A DNA stretch of 60,621 nucleotides from an uncultured bacterium (GCA_903958395.1 CAJBSZ010000346.1:1-60621); one strand, 5' to 3'; numbered from the stretch's first letter, positions 47,041 through 56,885 are shown. Numbers and translations are program-made. Notes: a model not told the origin generated them from the sequence alone.

Positions 47041-47682
47041 TCAGGAAAACCCGGCAGCTTGCAGTTTCTCCATCGTCACGCCCTTGTTTCCCTGCATGCG
47101 CCCGAGATACCGCTGGACATATTTGCCGATAATGTCGGTCTCCAGATTAACTTCCCGCCCTGTTTTCAGAGCCTGTAACGAGGTGTGGCTCCACGTTTGC
47201 GGAATCAAATGAACGGTGAATGATTTCTGGCGAAGGTCGGCCACAGTCAGGCTGACACCGTCGATGGCGATCGAGCCTTTCAACACGATTCCGGCAAGAA
47301 ACTCATCGCCACAGGACACCTCAAGGATCCAATCGGCACCTTTCTGTTCTATCGACAGAACCTTTCCCGGACCATCGATGTGCCCGGTCACGATATGTCC
47401 GCCCAATCGTTCATCGGCGCGCAATGCCCGCTCCAGGTTCAGTTTCGCGCCCGACGAAGTCGCGCCTAGCGTTGTTTTCTTCAAGGTCTCAGCCAGAACA
47501 TCGCAAGAGAACTCCCCTGCATGAAGGGAGGTCACCGTCAGGCAAACCCCTTGAACCGCCACGCTTTCGCCCACTCCCAAAGGGGAATCCCACGGCGCAT
47601 GGCGAATCACCAGACTCATCCCGTCACTGCGCGACTTCTTGCCCGCCAACGACCCGACTTGTTGAATTAATCCGGTAAACAT
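47041..47682 (-). CDS. ribE: Riboflavin synthase alpha chain
   Basis: MFTGLI start; GVCLTV, NLERAL, GGHIVTGHIDG, KGSIAIDGVSLT. Confidence 0.95.
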   Translation of the reverse strand: MFTGLIQQVGSLAGKKSRSDGMSLVIRHAPWDSPLGVGESVAVQGVCLTVTSLHAGEFSCDVLAETLKKTTLGATSSGAKLNLERALRADERLGGHIVTGHIDGPGKVLSIEQKGADWILEVSCGDEFLAGIVLKGSIAIDGVSLTVADLRQKSFTVHLIPQTWSHTSLQALKTGREVNLETDIIGKYVQRYLGRMQGNKGVTMEKLQAAGFS

Positions 47683-48767
47683 AATGCTTTTGCCCTTATC
47701 ATGACATCGTCGCCGATCATACGGGCTTCCACGATCTTGAGTCGTGGTGCCCCCGCAAGTTTCCATCCCCTGCCCCCGATGGCACCGAGCCCATCGCTCC
47801 CGATGATCACGGGAGCCACAAACAAAACCAGTTCATCCACAAGATTTGCACGGATGAGGGAAGCAGCAAACTCGCTTCCGCCTTCGCAAAGGACATGAAG
47901 GACACCAAGGCCATGCAGGGACCTCAGCAATGCCGGCAGGAAAACACCACGCCCGACGGCGGACAATACCAAGACCTTCGCCCCTCTCACGGCATAGTCC
48001 GCCTGTCGTCGCGAGGGACACCGTTTTGTCGTAACCAGGATAGTTTGAGAAGCAAACGCATCCGAAAAAACACGTCGATTGACAGGTACTTTCCCGGCGG
48101 CATCAACAATAACCCGGAAGGGCATGCGGCCTTTTGAAGGACGCGGCAGAAGCGACGGATCGTCCTTCAGCACCGTCCCGGAACCCACCATCACGGCATC
48201 GACCCGGCGACGGAGTCCCTGCACGACCGACCGGGCCGCAGGCCCGGAAATCCACTTTGAACGGCCGGCTGAATCGGCTATCCGGCCATCCAGCGATTCG
48301 GCCAGTTTCAGGGTAACATACGGCCTCTTTTGAAATATGGCCGAGGCAAACGGGGCCAGCAACTCACGAGCCTCCTCTGCACCAACCCCGACGACCACTT
48401 CGATCCCAGCCCGGCGGAGCTGCGTGAATCCTTTTCCCGCATGGCGGGGATTCGGGTCGGAAACGGCCGCGACCACCTTCTTGATCCCAGCCCGCATAAT
48501 GGCCTCCGTACAAGGAGGAGTTCGGCCAAAGGTGCAGCAGGGTTCCAAGGTTACATAGAGTGTGGCCCCCTTGGCGCGAATCCCGGCCTGGCGAAGTGCA
48601 TATACCTCGGCATGCGGCCCGCCCGCCTTGCGATGATAGCCCCGGCCGATCATCCGTCCATGCTTGACGATCACCGCCCCCACCGGTGGATTGGGTCGCG
48701 TCAAGCCCTCTGCTAAACGGGCCAACCGAAGCGCCTCGCCCATCCATTTTGTATCATCCGTCTTCAT
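47667..48767 (-). CDS. ribD: Riboflavin biosynthesis deaminase/reductase
   Basis: PNPPVG, HAE, TLEPCC..GRTPPC, SLDGRIA, EGG. Confidence 0.95.
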   Translation of the reverse strand: MKTDDTKWMGEALRLARLAEGLTRPNPPVGAVIVKHGRMIGRGYHRKAGGPHAEVYALRQAGIRAKGATLYVTLEPCCTFGRTPPCTEAIMRAGIKKVVAAVSDPNPRHAGKGFTQLRRAGIEVVVGVGAEEARELLAPFASAIFQKRPYVTLKLAESLDGRIADSAGRSKWISGPAARSVVQGLRRRVDAVMVGSGTVLKDDPSLLPRPSKGRMPFRVIVDAAGKVPVNRRVFSDAFASQTILVTTKRCPSRRQADYAVRGAKVLVLSAVGRGVFLPALLRSLHGLGVLHVLCEGGSEFAASLIRANLVDELVLFVAPVIIGSDGLGAIGGRGWKLAGAPRLKIVEARMIGDDVMIRAKALCLPD

Positions 48768-49655
48768 CTACAATCCTAGAAACCCCTTCACGAATTCCTT
48801 CGCGTCAAACGAGGCCAAGTCCGCCTCGCTCTCACCGAGCCCGACAAAATGAACCGGCAAGTCAAGTTCCTTGCGAATGGTAAAAATGAAGCCACCCTTG
48901 GACGAGCCATCCAGTTTCGCCACAACCACACCGGTCAAGGCGACACATTCCTTGAACATTCTCGCCTGAATGACCGCGTTGTTACCCAGGGTGGCGTCCA
49001 GCACAATCCAAATCTCATGAGGAGCACCGGGCAGAGCCTTGTCGATGGATCGCCGTACCTTTTGAAGTTCATCCATCAACGGCTGCTTGGTATGCATGCG
49101 CCCTGCGGTATCGATCAGCACGACATCCGCTTTTCGCGCAAGGGCCGCCTTCACGGAATCATAGGCAACGGAGGCTGAGTCGGCCCCATGAGCCCCCACC
49201 ACGACATCCAGCTTCAGACGATCCGCCCAGAGTTTCAATTGGTGCGAACCCGCCGCCCGAAAGGTATCGGCGGCAGCCAGAAGCGGCGCCAAACCCTGCT
49301 GTTTGATTAAATAGCCAAGTTTGGCCGTGGTGGTGGTCTTGCCGGAACCATTAACGCCGACGACCAGAATAACCCTGGGCTTATGGGTACCCTTCCACTC
49401 AAAGGGCTTCTGAGGAGGAAAGACCGCTTCGAGCATGGCCTCGATTGTTGAGGTCATGTCGGCGCCCCCACCCCTTCGCTTCAACTTTCCAATCCATTCA
49501 TCCACCAAACGAGGCGCGATATCAGACTGGATGAGGGCTCGTTCCCACGCCTCCAGGGCGACCGGATCAGCTTTGGCAAGACCGGGAATCAGACTCGCCA
49601 GGCCCCCCACGATCTTGTCGCGGGTTCTTGCCAGTGCTTTGAGCCAGGACTTCAT
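48768..49655 (-). CDS. ftsY: SRP receptor GTPase
   Basis: GVNGSGKTTT, DTFRAA, DTAGR, KLDGSSKGG. Confidence 0.95.
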   Translation of the reverse strand: MKSWLKALARTRDKIVGGLASLIPGLAKADPVALEAWERALIQSDIAPRLVDEWIGKLKRRGGGADMTSTIEAMLEAVFPPQKPFEWKGTHKPRVILVVGVNGSGKTTTTAKLGYLIKQQGLAPLLAAADTFRAAGSHQLKLWADRLKLDVVVGAHGADSASVAYDSVKAALARKADVVLIDTAGRMHTKQPLMDELQKVRRSIDKALPGAPHEIWIVLDATLGNNAVIQARMFKECVALTGVVVAKLDGSSKGGFIFTIRKELDLPVHFVGLGESEADLASFDAKEFVKGFLGL

Positions 49656-50092
49656 GACGCCTTCGGAGAGGCCACAGCAGGAGTTTCGACATCCAAGTCG
49701 CGCCGGATCCGATCCAAAACTCCGTTCACAAAGCGTCCCGATCCCACATCCCCCATGGACTTGGCAATGGACACCGCCTCATCAATAGACACAGCGTGGG
49801 GAATGTCAGTCCGGCACAACATCTCATATACGGCCAGACGGATGACATTACGATCCACCCCTGCCATCCGGTGAAGGCTCCAGTTTTGCGCACATTTTTC
49901 AATAACCCCATCAACCTTGGACCGGTTTGCAAGCACACCGCGAACAAGTTCCTCGACAAACTGACGGGTTTTCGCAGAGACCTTCCGTTCCGCCCAGAAT
50001 GACACCAAAACCGGATCCAGTTCTCCGGGATTGAAATCCAACTGAAACAGAATCTGAACCGCTGATTCGCGGGCATCACGTCGTGATCCCAT
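49652..50092 (-). CDS. nusB: Transcription antitermination factor NusB
   Basis: RRDARESAVQILF, VDRNVIRLA, VSIDEAV, FVNGVLD. Confidence 0.93.
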   Translation of the reverse strand: MGSRRDARESAVQILFQLDFNPGELDPVLVSFWAERKVSAKTRQFVEELVRGVLANRSKVDGVIEKCAQNWSLHRMAGVDRNVIRLAVYEMLCRTDIPHAVSIDEAVSIAKSMGDVGSGRFVNGVLDRIRRDLDVETPAVASPKAS

Positions 50093-50094
50093 CG

Positions 50095-50574
50095 TTACGC
50101 TCCCATCTGGCGGCACAAATTGGCCATCTCAATGGCCGACTGTGCGCCATTCCATCCCTTATTACCCGCCTTGGTTCCGCACCGCTCGATCGCCTGCTCC
50201 AGATTATCCGCACACACGACGGCATTGATCACGGGGATCTGGGTCTCCAACGAAATAGCAGACAGTGAACGCGCCACCTGGGAGTTGATCAAATCCGCAT
50301 GAGGAGTGGCCCCCTGGATCACCACCCCGAGTGCAATGATCGCATCCTGTCCCCCCTTGAGCGCCAACTTCTTGACAGCAAAAGGCAGCTCATTGGCACC
50401 GGGAACCCAGACCACCGTCACATCCTTCTCGCCGATACCGTGCCGGATCAGGCAGTCAATGGCGCCACCAACCAGCTCCTTGGTAAAAAAGTCATTGAAC
50501 CGGCTTACAACAATGGCAACCTTGAGCCCCTTACCAATCAGGTTTCCAGACACTTCTTTCACATTTGCGTTCAT
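50095..50574 (-). CDS. ribH: 6,7-dimethyl-8-ribityllumazine synthase
   Basis: VVSRFN, VPGANELP, LGVVIQGATPH, EQAIER.GTKAGNKG. Confidence 0.95.
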   Translation of the reverse strand: MNANVKEVSGNLIGKGLKVAIVVSRFNDFFTKELVGGAIDCLIRHGIGEKDVTVVWVPGANELPFAVKKLALKGGQDAIIALGVVIQGATPHADLINSQVARSLSAISLETQIPVINAVVCADNLEQAIERCGTKAGNKGWNGAQSAIEMANLCRQMGA

Positions 50575-50590
50575 GGTTATCTCCCTTTCC

Positions 50591-50628
<38 letters not shown>

Positions 50629-50634
50629 TTTCTT

Positions 50635-51846
50635 TTACAGCCAGTGCCCCATTTTTTTCTTTTTTGTGGCCAGATAGCGCTGACTATGCACCGTTGCGGG
50701 CAGAACCAGCGGAATCCGTTCCGTAATGCTCAACCCATAGGCTTGCAGTCCCACAACCTTGCGGGGATTGTTGGTGATCAATCGAATCCGGCTTAACCCC
50801 AGGTCAGCCAAGATTTGTGCCCCCACCCCATAATCCCGGAGGTCGGCCTTGAATCCCAGTTTGATATTGGCCTCAACCGTATCCAAACCCTTCTCCTGAA
50901 GCGCGTAGGCATGCAGTTTGTTCGCCAGCCCGATGCCGCGGCCCTCCTGCCGCATGTAGAGAATCACACCCGCCTTCTCCTTGGCCACCATCTGCATGGC
51001 CTTGGCGAGCTGATCCCCGCAGTCGCACCGCAGGGATCCGAACACATCACCCGTCAGGCATTCACTATGAACCCGAACCAGTGCCGATTTGACTTTCCGC
51101 GGATCGCCCATGACGAGGGCAAGATGATTTTCATTTTCCACGATGGATCGGTACAGTTTCAATTTGAACAATCCGAACCGGGTCGGCATATCCACCGTCC
51201 GGATCAGTTCCACCAACCGCTCCTCTTTCCGGCGATACTCGATCAGATTGGCAATAGAGGCGATTTTTAAACCATGTTTGGCGGCGAATTTACGTAATTC
51301 AGGCAAGCGTGCCATGGTTCCGTCATCATTCATGATCTCGCAAATCACGCCCGCCGGGGTCAATCCCGCCAGCCGCGCCAGATCCACCGAGGCCTCCGTA
51401 TGCCCCGCACGACGCATCACTCCACCTTCTTTGGCTTCGAGTGGGAAGACATGTCCGGGGCTGATGAGATCCCGCCGCACCGTACCGGTTTTTACCAGAA
51501 GTTGAATGGTCAAAGCGCGGTCGTGGGCGCTAATCCCCGTGGAAATTCCATCACGGGCATCCACCGATTCCATAAAGGCGGTTCCAAAATGATCACCACC
51601 CCCGCGGTTGACCATACTCCGGATTGCTAATGTTTCCAGTCGATCCCGGGTCAGCGCCACACAAATCAGCCCCCGTCCGAATCTCGCCATGAAGTTGATA
51701 GCCCGGTCAGTAACCTTGTCGGCGGCCATGACCAGATCGCCTTCATTTTCGCGATTTTCGTCATCGGTAATGACCACCATCTTACCCCGGCGGATATCGG
51801 CAAGAACCGCTTCAATGGGGTCGAATATGTCGCTCTTTTTTTTCAT
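50635..51846 (-). CDS. ribBA: Bifunctional DHBP synthase / GTP cyclohydrolase II
   Basis: DDENRENEGD, RAGHTEA, RVHSECLTGD..RCDC, QEGRGIGL, TNNPRK. Confidence 0.96.
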   Translation of the reverse strand: MKKKSDIFDPIEAVLADIRRGKMVVITDDENRENEGDLVMAADKVTDRAINFMARFGRGLICVALTRDRLETLAIRSMVNRGGGDHFGTAFMESVDARDGISTGISAHDRALTIQLLVKTGTVRRDLISPGHVFPLEAKEGGVMRRAGHTEASVDLARLAGLTPAGVICEIMNDDGTMARLPELRKFAAKHGLKIASIANLIEYRRKEERLVELIRTVDMPTRFGLFKLKLYRSIVENENHLALVMGDPRKVKSALVRVHSECLTGDVFGSLRCDCGDQLAKAMQMVAKEKAGVILYMRQEGRGIGLANKLHAYALQEKGLDTVEANIKLGFKADLRDYGVGAQILADLGLSRIRLITNNPRKVVGLQAYGLSITERIPLVLPATVHSQRYLATKKKKMGHWL

Positions 51847-51880
51847 AAAAAATCCCGAAGACCAAAATAGTCTTCGGGAT
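51847..51880 (-). terminator. Riboswitch expression-platform terminator hairpin
   Basis: Perfect 11-bp stem ATCCCGAAGAC..GTCTTCGGGAT followed by a T run directly before the ribBA ATG. Confidence 0.8.
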
Positions 51881-51906
51881 AATAGAAGGACACACCCATG
51901 TCATTC

Positions 51907-52062
51907 TGTCTTCTCCCATCCAGACTGAGTTGCGCATCACGCGCCACCATCACTGTCGGCCACGGCATTTCACCGTGTCTGCCCTGCATTCGCAGGGCTC
52001 GCGGGCTTTAACCGCCGGTTGGGAATTCCCGCTTTTCAGCGAGTCACCCTGTCCCGAAGACA
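51907..52062 (-). promoter_or_regulatory. FMN riboswitch (RFN element)
   Basis: Minus strand TCTTCGGGACAGGGTGA..AATTCCCAACCGGCGGT..AGCCCGCGAG..CGGTGAAATGCCG..GCCGACAGT..AGTCTGGATGGGAGAAGA, upstream of ribBA. Confidence 0.93.
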
Positions 52063-52157
52063 ATCACATTAAACAAATCACACGCAACATTTCTCCGTTG
52101 CGTGTTAAAAGTAATACATCAGTAGAAACTTTTCAATTTCTTTTCAGACACCACTGA

Positions 52158-52251
52158 GTTGTCAGGTTGTTGGGTTGCTGAGTTGCTAAGGTCGAATTCC
52201 GTGTGACTCTCCGACCTCATTTAACAACTCAACAACTTGACAATCAACAAC
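52158..52251. repeat. Two inverted octamer arrays flanking a short spacer
   Basis: GTTGTCAG GTTGTTGG GTTGCTGA GTTGCTAA, then GGTCG..CGACC, then TTAACAAC TCAACAAC TTGACAA TCAACAAC. Confidence 0.75.
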
Positions 52252-52255
52252 TCTC

Positions 52256-52846
52256 TTACTTCGCGTGTTTCGCCAAATAGCTGGCTACGCCCTCGGCGGT
52301 GGGCTTCATGGCCTCATCGCCTTCCTTCCAGTTGGCCGGACACACTTCACCGTGTTCTTCGGTGAATTGGAGGGCATCCAGAGTCCGGATCGCTTCATCC
52401 ACATTCCGTCCGATCGGAAGATCGTTCACCACCTGGTGGCGTACCACTCCGTGGGTGTCGATCAAAAACAACCCTCTCAACGCCACGGCATCGTTCAGGA
52501 GAACATCGTAGGCGCGGGCAATCTTCTTATCAAGATCCGCCACCAGCGGGAATCCAATTTCGCCAATCCCCCCCTTGTTCACGGGAGTCTGCCGCCACGC
52601 GAAGTGTGAGAACTGTGAATCCACGGATACGCCCAGAAGAACCGTGTTTTTCCTGGCAAAGGTTTTGACTTCCCTGTTGAAGGCCAGAATTTCAGACGGA
52701 CAGACAAAGGTGAAATCCAGCGGATAGAAAAACAGCACCACATACTTGCCTCGATAGGACGACAAAGTGACTTCCGCCATCGAATTATCGGGCATCACCG
52801 CCTGCGCGGTAAAATCGGGAGCTTGCTTGGTAACTAATACGGACAT
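52256..52846 (-). CDS. ahpC: 2-Cys peroxiredoxin
   Basis: FFYPLDFTFVCPSE, GEVCPANW; AAGGAGG RBS. Confidence 0.93.
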   Translation of the reverse strand: MSVLVTKQAPDFTAQAVMPDNSMAEVTLSSYRGKYVVLFFYPLDFTFVCPSEILAFNREVKTFARKNTVLLGVSVDSQFSHFAWRQTPVNKGGIGEIGFPLVADLDKKIARAYDVLLNDAVALRGLFLIDTHGVVRHQVVNDLPIGRNVDEAIRTLDALQFTEEHGEVCPANWKEGDEAMKPTAEGVASYLAKHAK

Positions 52847-52910
52847 CTTCATTCCTCCTTTTTTTGTTTTATTACTCGCTTCCGGCACCATGCCGACTGA
52901 CCTTTTTAAT

Positions 52911-52937
52911 AATGATACTATTTCTGTATCATTTCAA
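52911..52937 (-). promoter_or_regulatory. Palindromic operator AATGATAC-N7-GTATCATT overlapping a putative ahpC promoter
   Basis: Perfect 8-bp inverted repeat 52911..52933; minus strand TTGAAA-17-CATTAT. Confidence 0.6.
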
Positions 52938-52947
52938 GATGTTATTT

Positions 52948-53352
52948 TTAACTCACCAAATCGGCTACACTGACCGCCTTGAGGCGTTTATCAACCTCAC
53001 CTTGAATACCCTTGAATTCACGATGGAGACGACAGAGAGTTGAGCGCAGGCAGGTTTTCGGATCGGACACACAAAAACTCAATTCGGCTCCACGTGGACC
53101 GGTGGCTTTGAGAACATCAAACAGGCTGATGTCCCCGGGCTTTCTAGCCAAAGTCACCCCACCCCCCTTTCCCCGACGGCTTTCAATCAATCCGCCCGAG
53201 ACCAATCGCTTCACCAGCTTTCGCAAAAACCGGTAGGGTATGTCCATTTCCTCCGCCACGGCAGCGGATGAGACTGAAACAATTCCCTTATTATGACGCT
53301 CCGCCAAGGCTAGCATCAGCCTCATGGAATAATCGGTTTCTCGCGTAATCAT
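52948..53352 (-). CDS. Rrf2 family transcriptional regulator with three Cys
   Basis: MITRETDYSMR, SRRGKGGG.TLA, ISLFDV, C-x6-C-x5-C. Confidence 0.9.
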   Translation of the reverse strand: MITRETDYSMRLMLALAERHNKGIVSVSSAAVAEEMDIPYRFLRKLVKRLVSGGLIESRRGKGGGVTLARKPGDISLFDVLKATGPRGAELSFCVSDPKTCLRSTLCRLHREFKGIQGEVDKRLKAVSVADLVS

Positions 53353-53409
53353 GCCCACTCCTGATATTGATACCGCAACGGTAGCATTACGCAAGAAACG
53401 ACGCAAGCA

Positions 53410-54012
53410 TCACTTTGAAACGGAAAGAAACTCTTTTGCCTGGTCGGCAAAGACATGGGGGGCCTGCTGGTTGAGAACCATAAGCATTTCCAGACAGGCA
53501 TCACGAATTTCCCATTGGGCACGACGATGACAGCGCACATCAAAAACGTGGCGCCATTCACGGAAATTGGCAGAGACAACCATTTCCGTGGTGCAGGCGT
53601 TGGGCAGAACAAAACGGGCATCCTCATTCTTCAGCCCCTTGTCCTTCCACTTCTTGTACATGGCGCGCATTACCTCCATGTCGCCATCAAACTCCGCCTT
53701 TTCACCGTCGGGTACTGAGGGCGGGGTCACCCACTCGAAATTCCCCTCAGACACATAGCGCTGACTTTTCTGGGAAACGGCGAGCAGGCGGTGACGGACA
53801 AACTGATGCGTCATGGCGCGGGAAACCCCACTGACCCGGAATGTGGCCGCAGCGTGCTCAAACGGTGATGCGTGCCCCATGGCGAGGAGCTTGGGAAGCA
53901 GTTCCCCGAGCTTTTCGGGAACCATCTTGTCCTCGCTCTGGTAGCAGGTGCGGGCTGCAATTTCAATAATCCGTTCAGGATCAGGCGTAATGGCAATCAG
54001 TTCAACTTTCAT
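53410..54012 (-). CDS. thyX: FAD-dependent thymidylate synthase
   Basis: GHASPFEH, HQFVRHR..SQKSQRY, EDARFVLP, AQWEIR. Confidence 0.95.
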   Translation of the reverse strand: MKVELIAITPDPERIIEIAARTCYQSEDKMVPEKLGELLPKLLAMGHASPFEHAAATFRVSGVSRAMTHQFVRHRLLAVSQKSQRYVSEGNFEWVTPPSVPDGEKAEFDGDMEVMRAMYKKWKDKGLKNEDARFVLPNACTTEMVVSANFREWRHVFDVRCHRRAQWEIRDACLEMLMVLNQQAPHVFADQAKEFLSVSK

Positions 54013-54022
54013 AGAGTTTCCT

Positions 54023-54625
54023 TTAGAGGGTTTGGCGTCCTTTGATCGCACGGGAAAGGGTAACGGCATCGGAATACATCACCCCGCTACCGACAGGGAT
54101 CCCCGATGCCAGGCGCGTGAGGCGAACCGCATGGGCTTTCAACAACTCGGCAATGTAATTCGCGGTGGCTTCGCTCTCAACATCGGTTCCAAGAGCCATG
54201 ATGACTTCCTGAAAACCCTCCTTTTCCACACGCTGAATCAGGGCTTGAAGCCGGAGGTCACCGGGGCCTTCCCCGTGCATTGGGGAGATGATTCCCATCA
54301 AGGCATGATACCGGCCTTTATAGGCACCGGTTCGTTCAAGGGCCACGATGTCACTGGGATCCTGAACCACGCACACCACCGAAGCGTCACGGGACGGGTT
54401 GGTACAAAGCTTACAAGGGACCTCAGCCACCGTGGTGATGCTCCCGCACTGGGAGCAGAGCCGGACATTCTCCTGGGCATCTCGAAGCGCCCCGCCCAGT
54501 TCTCGCATCACGCCATCGGGCTCCCACGCCAGACGGAACGCCATGCGCTCTGCTGAACGCCGGCCGATACCGGGCAGTTTGCCTAGCGCCGCCGCAATGC
54601 GATCCAGGTACTCGAGTCCATTCAT
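54023..54625 (-). CDS. recR: Recombination mediator RecR
   Basis: LPGIGRRSA.R, C4 zinc finger, YHALMG.ISP, RLASGIPVG. Confidence 0.95.
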   Translation of the reverse strand: MNGLEYLDRIAAALGKLPGIGRRSAERMAFRLAWEPDGVMRELGGALRDAQENVRLCSQCGSITTVAEVPCKLCTNPSRDASVVCVVQDPSDIVALERTGAYKGRYHALMGIISPMHGEGPGDLRLQALIQRVEKEGFQEVIMALGTDVESEATANYIAELLKAHAVRLTRLASGIPVGSGVMYSDAVTLSRAIKGRQTL

Positions 54626-54633
54626 GACTCCCG

Positions 54634-54948
54634 TTACCCCCCAAACATACCGGGCAGGCCCATGCCAGCCGTAACTTTCGCCATTTCAGCGGAAGCCATC
54701 TCACGGCTTTTCCGGATGGCGCCATCCACCGCCGCCAGCACCATATCCTCGAGCAAATCTTTGTCGGCCGGATTAATCACCTTGGGATCAATCTTAATGC
54801 CAACGACCCCGCCGTCGCCGGTCGCAGTTGCCGTCACCATGCCGCCGCCACTTGAAAATTCAACCCGTTTTTCAGCAAGCTGGGCCTGAATACGCTCCAT
54901 GTCCTTCTGCATCGTCTTGGCCTGCTGCATCATTTTCATCACATTCAT
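54634..54948 (-). CDS. ybaB: YbaB/EbfC nucleoid-associated protein
   Basis: MMQQAK.MQ, SGGGMV, LEDMVLAA; between dnaX and recR. Confidence 0.93.
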   Translation of the reverse strand: MNVMKMMQQAKTMQKDMERIQAQLAEKRVEFSSGGGMVTATATGDGGVVGIKIDPKVINPADKDLLEDMVLAAVDGAIRKSREMASAEMAKVTAGMGLPGMFGG

Positions 54949-54957
54949 AGCGCACTC

Positions 54958-56682
54958 CTATTCTCGAATATCCACAATGCTTCCGTTAAAAAATTCAAGG
55001 GTCTTCCGGACCACCGGCTCCTGGTGCCAGTCCTGTCTCGTCTTTGAATGAGCCGCCGCACCCGCTGAAGACTTCGGCGCCCCCGCCTTATCCACGGTAT
55101 GGTCTGCCGGAACATCCGCAGCGCCCTCCCCCGTCATCAGCACACACTCCACATTCACGGGACGTTTCAGGAATTGAACCATGACCTTCTGGACAGCGGC
55201 GTGATAGGTGGGGATTTTAATCTGCTCCAGTTTTCGGGCAAACTGCGGGTCAAACCCGATTACCACCCGGTTCTGCTCCACCGCCAGCGGCTTCGCATCC
55301 AGCAGGGCGATACCGGCCATGGTCACCTCCCGCTTCACCCGCTCAACAATCTGATCGCGCCACACTGCCGTCAGGCTGTCTAACTCATTCGCAGCCGGTG
55401 CAGGAGCCACCGGCCGCGCCGGAACAGGAGCCGGTTTCGAAACAGAAGGAACGGCCGGCCGTGGCGCATAGGCAGGGGCCGGGGACTCCCGGACCGCCTC
55501 CACACGATTGACGACGGGAGGCGGGATCATGCCGCCCCCCCCCACAGACTGGCCTAACGCTTCAAGGCGCCTGATCAAGTCATCCACCGAAACCGTCGTG
55601 GCCCGGGCACACCGGATCAGCGAGGTTTCGACCAGGGTCCTGCGCGACAGGGAATAACGCATCCGGTCCTCGGTCTGTGAAAGCACTTCGGCAATGCGCA
55701 TCAGGCGTTCCGGCTCGGCCAGTTGAGCCTGTTGTTTGAGGCTTTCCACCTGAGGGGCAATGACATCCATTGTGGGAGCCGCCTCAGGCACGCAGAGGTA
55801 GATCAACAAGGTCCGGAAATGATCCAACAGCTCCAGGACGAGACGCTGCATATCCTTGCCCGCCGAGTCGAGTTCGGCGAGGGTCCGGACAATTTCACCG
55901 ACATCCCCCTTCAGGATTGCCGTGGCCAGCAACTCGAGCGTCTGGCGCGATACCAGTCCGAAGACCGCTAACACATCCGCCTCGGCAATCGTCTCGCCCC
56001 GAAAGGCGATGAGCTGGTCCAGGGCCGATTCCGCATCACGGAGCCCGCCTTCCGCGCCCCGTGCAATGGCCAGCGCGGCGTCACTGTCCAACGACACCTT
56101 CTCTTCGACTGCGATCAGGTTGAGCCGTTCGATAATCAGAGCGACGGGAATCCGGCGCAGGTCAAACCGCTGGCAACGGGAGACAATGGTCGGCAGCACC
56201 TTATGCGCCTCCGTGGTGGCGAAGAAAAACTTCACATGGGCGGGCGGCTCTTCCAGAGTTTTCAGCAGGGCGTTGAAGGCCGCCGTGGAGAGCATATGCA
56301 CTTCGTCAATGATGTAGATCTTGTACTTCCCGTGGGTGGGGGCGAATTTCACATTATCCCGGAGTTCACGAACCTGCTCCACGCTGTTATTTGAGGCTCC
56401 GTCGATTTCCTGCACATCCAGAGAGGTACCTGCCGTAATCTCCCGGCATGAATCACAGACATCGCAAGGCGTAATGGTGGGCCCGGTCGTGCAGTTCAGT
56501 GCCTTGGCAAAAAGGCGGGCGAGAGAGGTCTTGCCTGTTCCCCGAGGGCCCACAAAAAGGTAGGCATGCGCGATCCGTTTAGCCGTGATGGCATTCTGGA
56601 GCGTCTTGGTGACATGATTCTGCCCAACCACGTCCGCAAACTGTTGCGGTCGCCATTTTCTCGCCAGCACTTCGTAGGCCAT
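54958..56682 (-). CDS. dnaX: DNA polymerase III subunit gamma/tau
   Basis: LARKWRPQQF, GPRGTGKT, EIDGASN, IIDEVHML, SRCQRF. Confidence 0.96.
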   Translation of the reverse strand: MAYEVLARKWRPQQFADVVGQNHVTKTLQNAITAKRIAHAYLFVGPRGTGKTSLARLFAKALNCTTGPTITPCDVCDSCREITAGTSLDVQEIDGASNNSVEQVRELRDNVKFAPTHGKYKIYIIDEVHMLSTAAFNALLKTLEEPPAHVKFFFATTEAHKVLPTIVSRCQRFDLRRIPVALIIERLNLIAVEEKVSLDSDAALAIARGAEGGLRDAESALDQLIAFRGETIAEADVLAVFGLVSRQTLELLATAILKGDVGEIVRTLAELDSAGKDMQRLVLELLDHFRTLLIYLCVPEAAPTMDVIAPQVESLKQQAQLAEPERLMRIAEVLSQTEDRMRYSLSRRTLVETSLIRCARATTVSVDDLIRRLEALGQSVGGGGMIPPPVVNRVEAVRESPAPAYAPRPAVPSVSKPAPVPARPVAPAPAANELDSLTAVWRDQIVERVKREVTMAGIALLDAKPLAVEQNRVVIGFDPQFARKLEQIKIPTYHAAVQKVMVQFLKRPVNVECVLMTGEGAADVPADHTVDKAGAPKSSAGAAAHSKTRQDWHQEPVVRKTLEFFNGSIVDIRE

Positions 56683-56712
56683 AAGGCAGTCTCCACCGGA
56701 ATTTCATACTGC

Positions 56713-56885
<173 letters not shown>

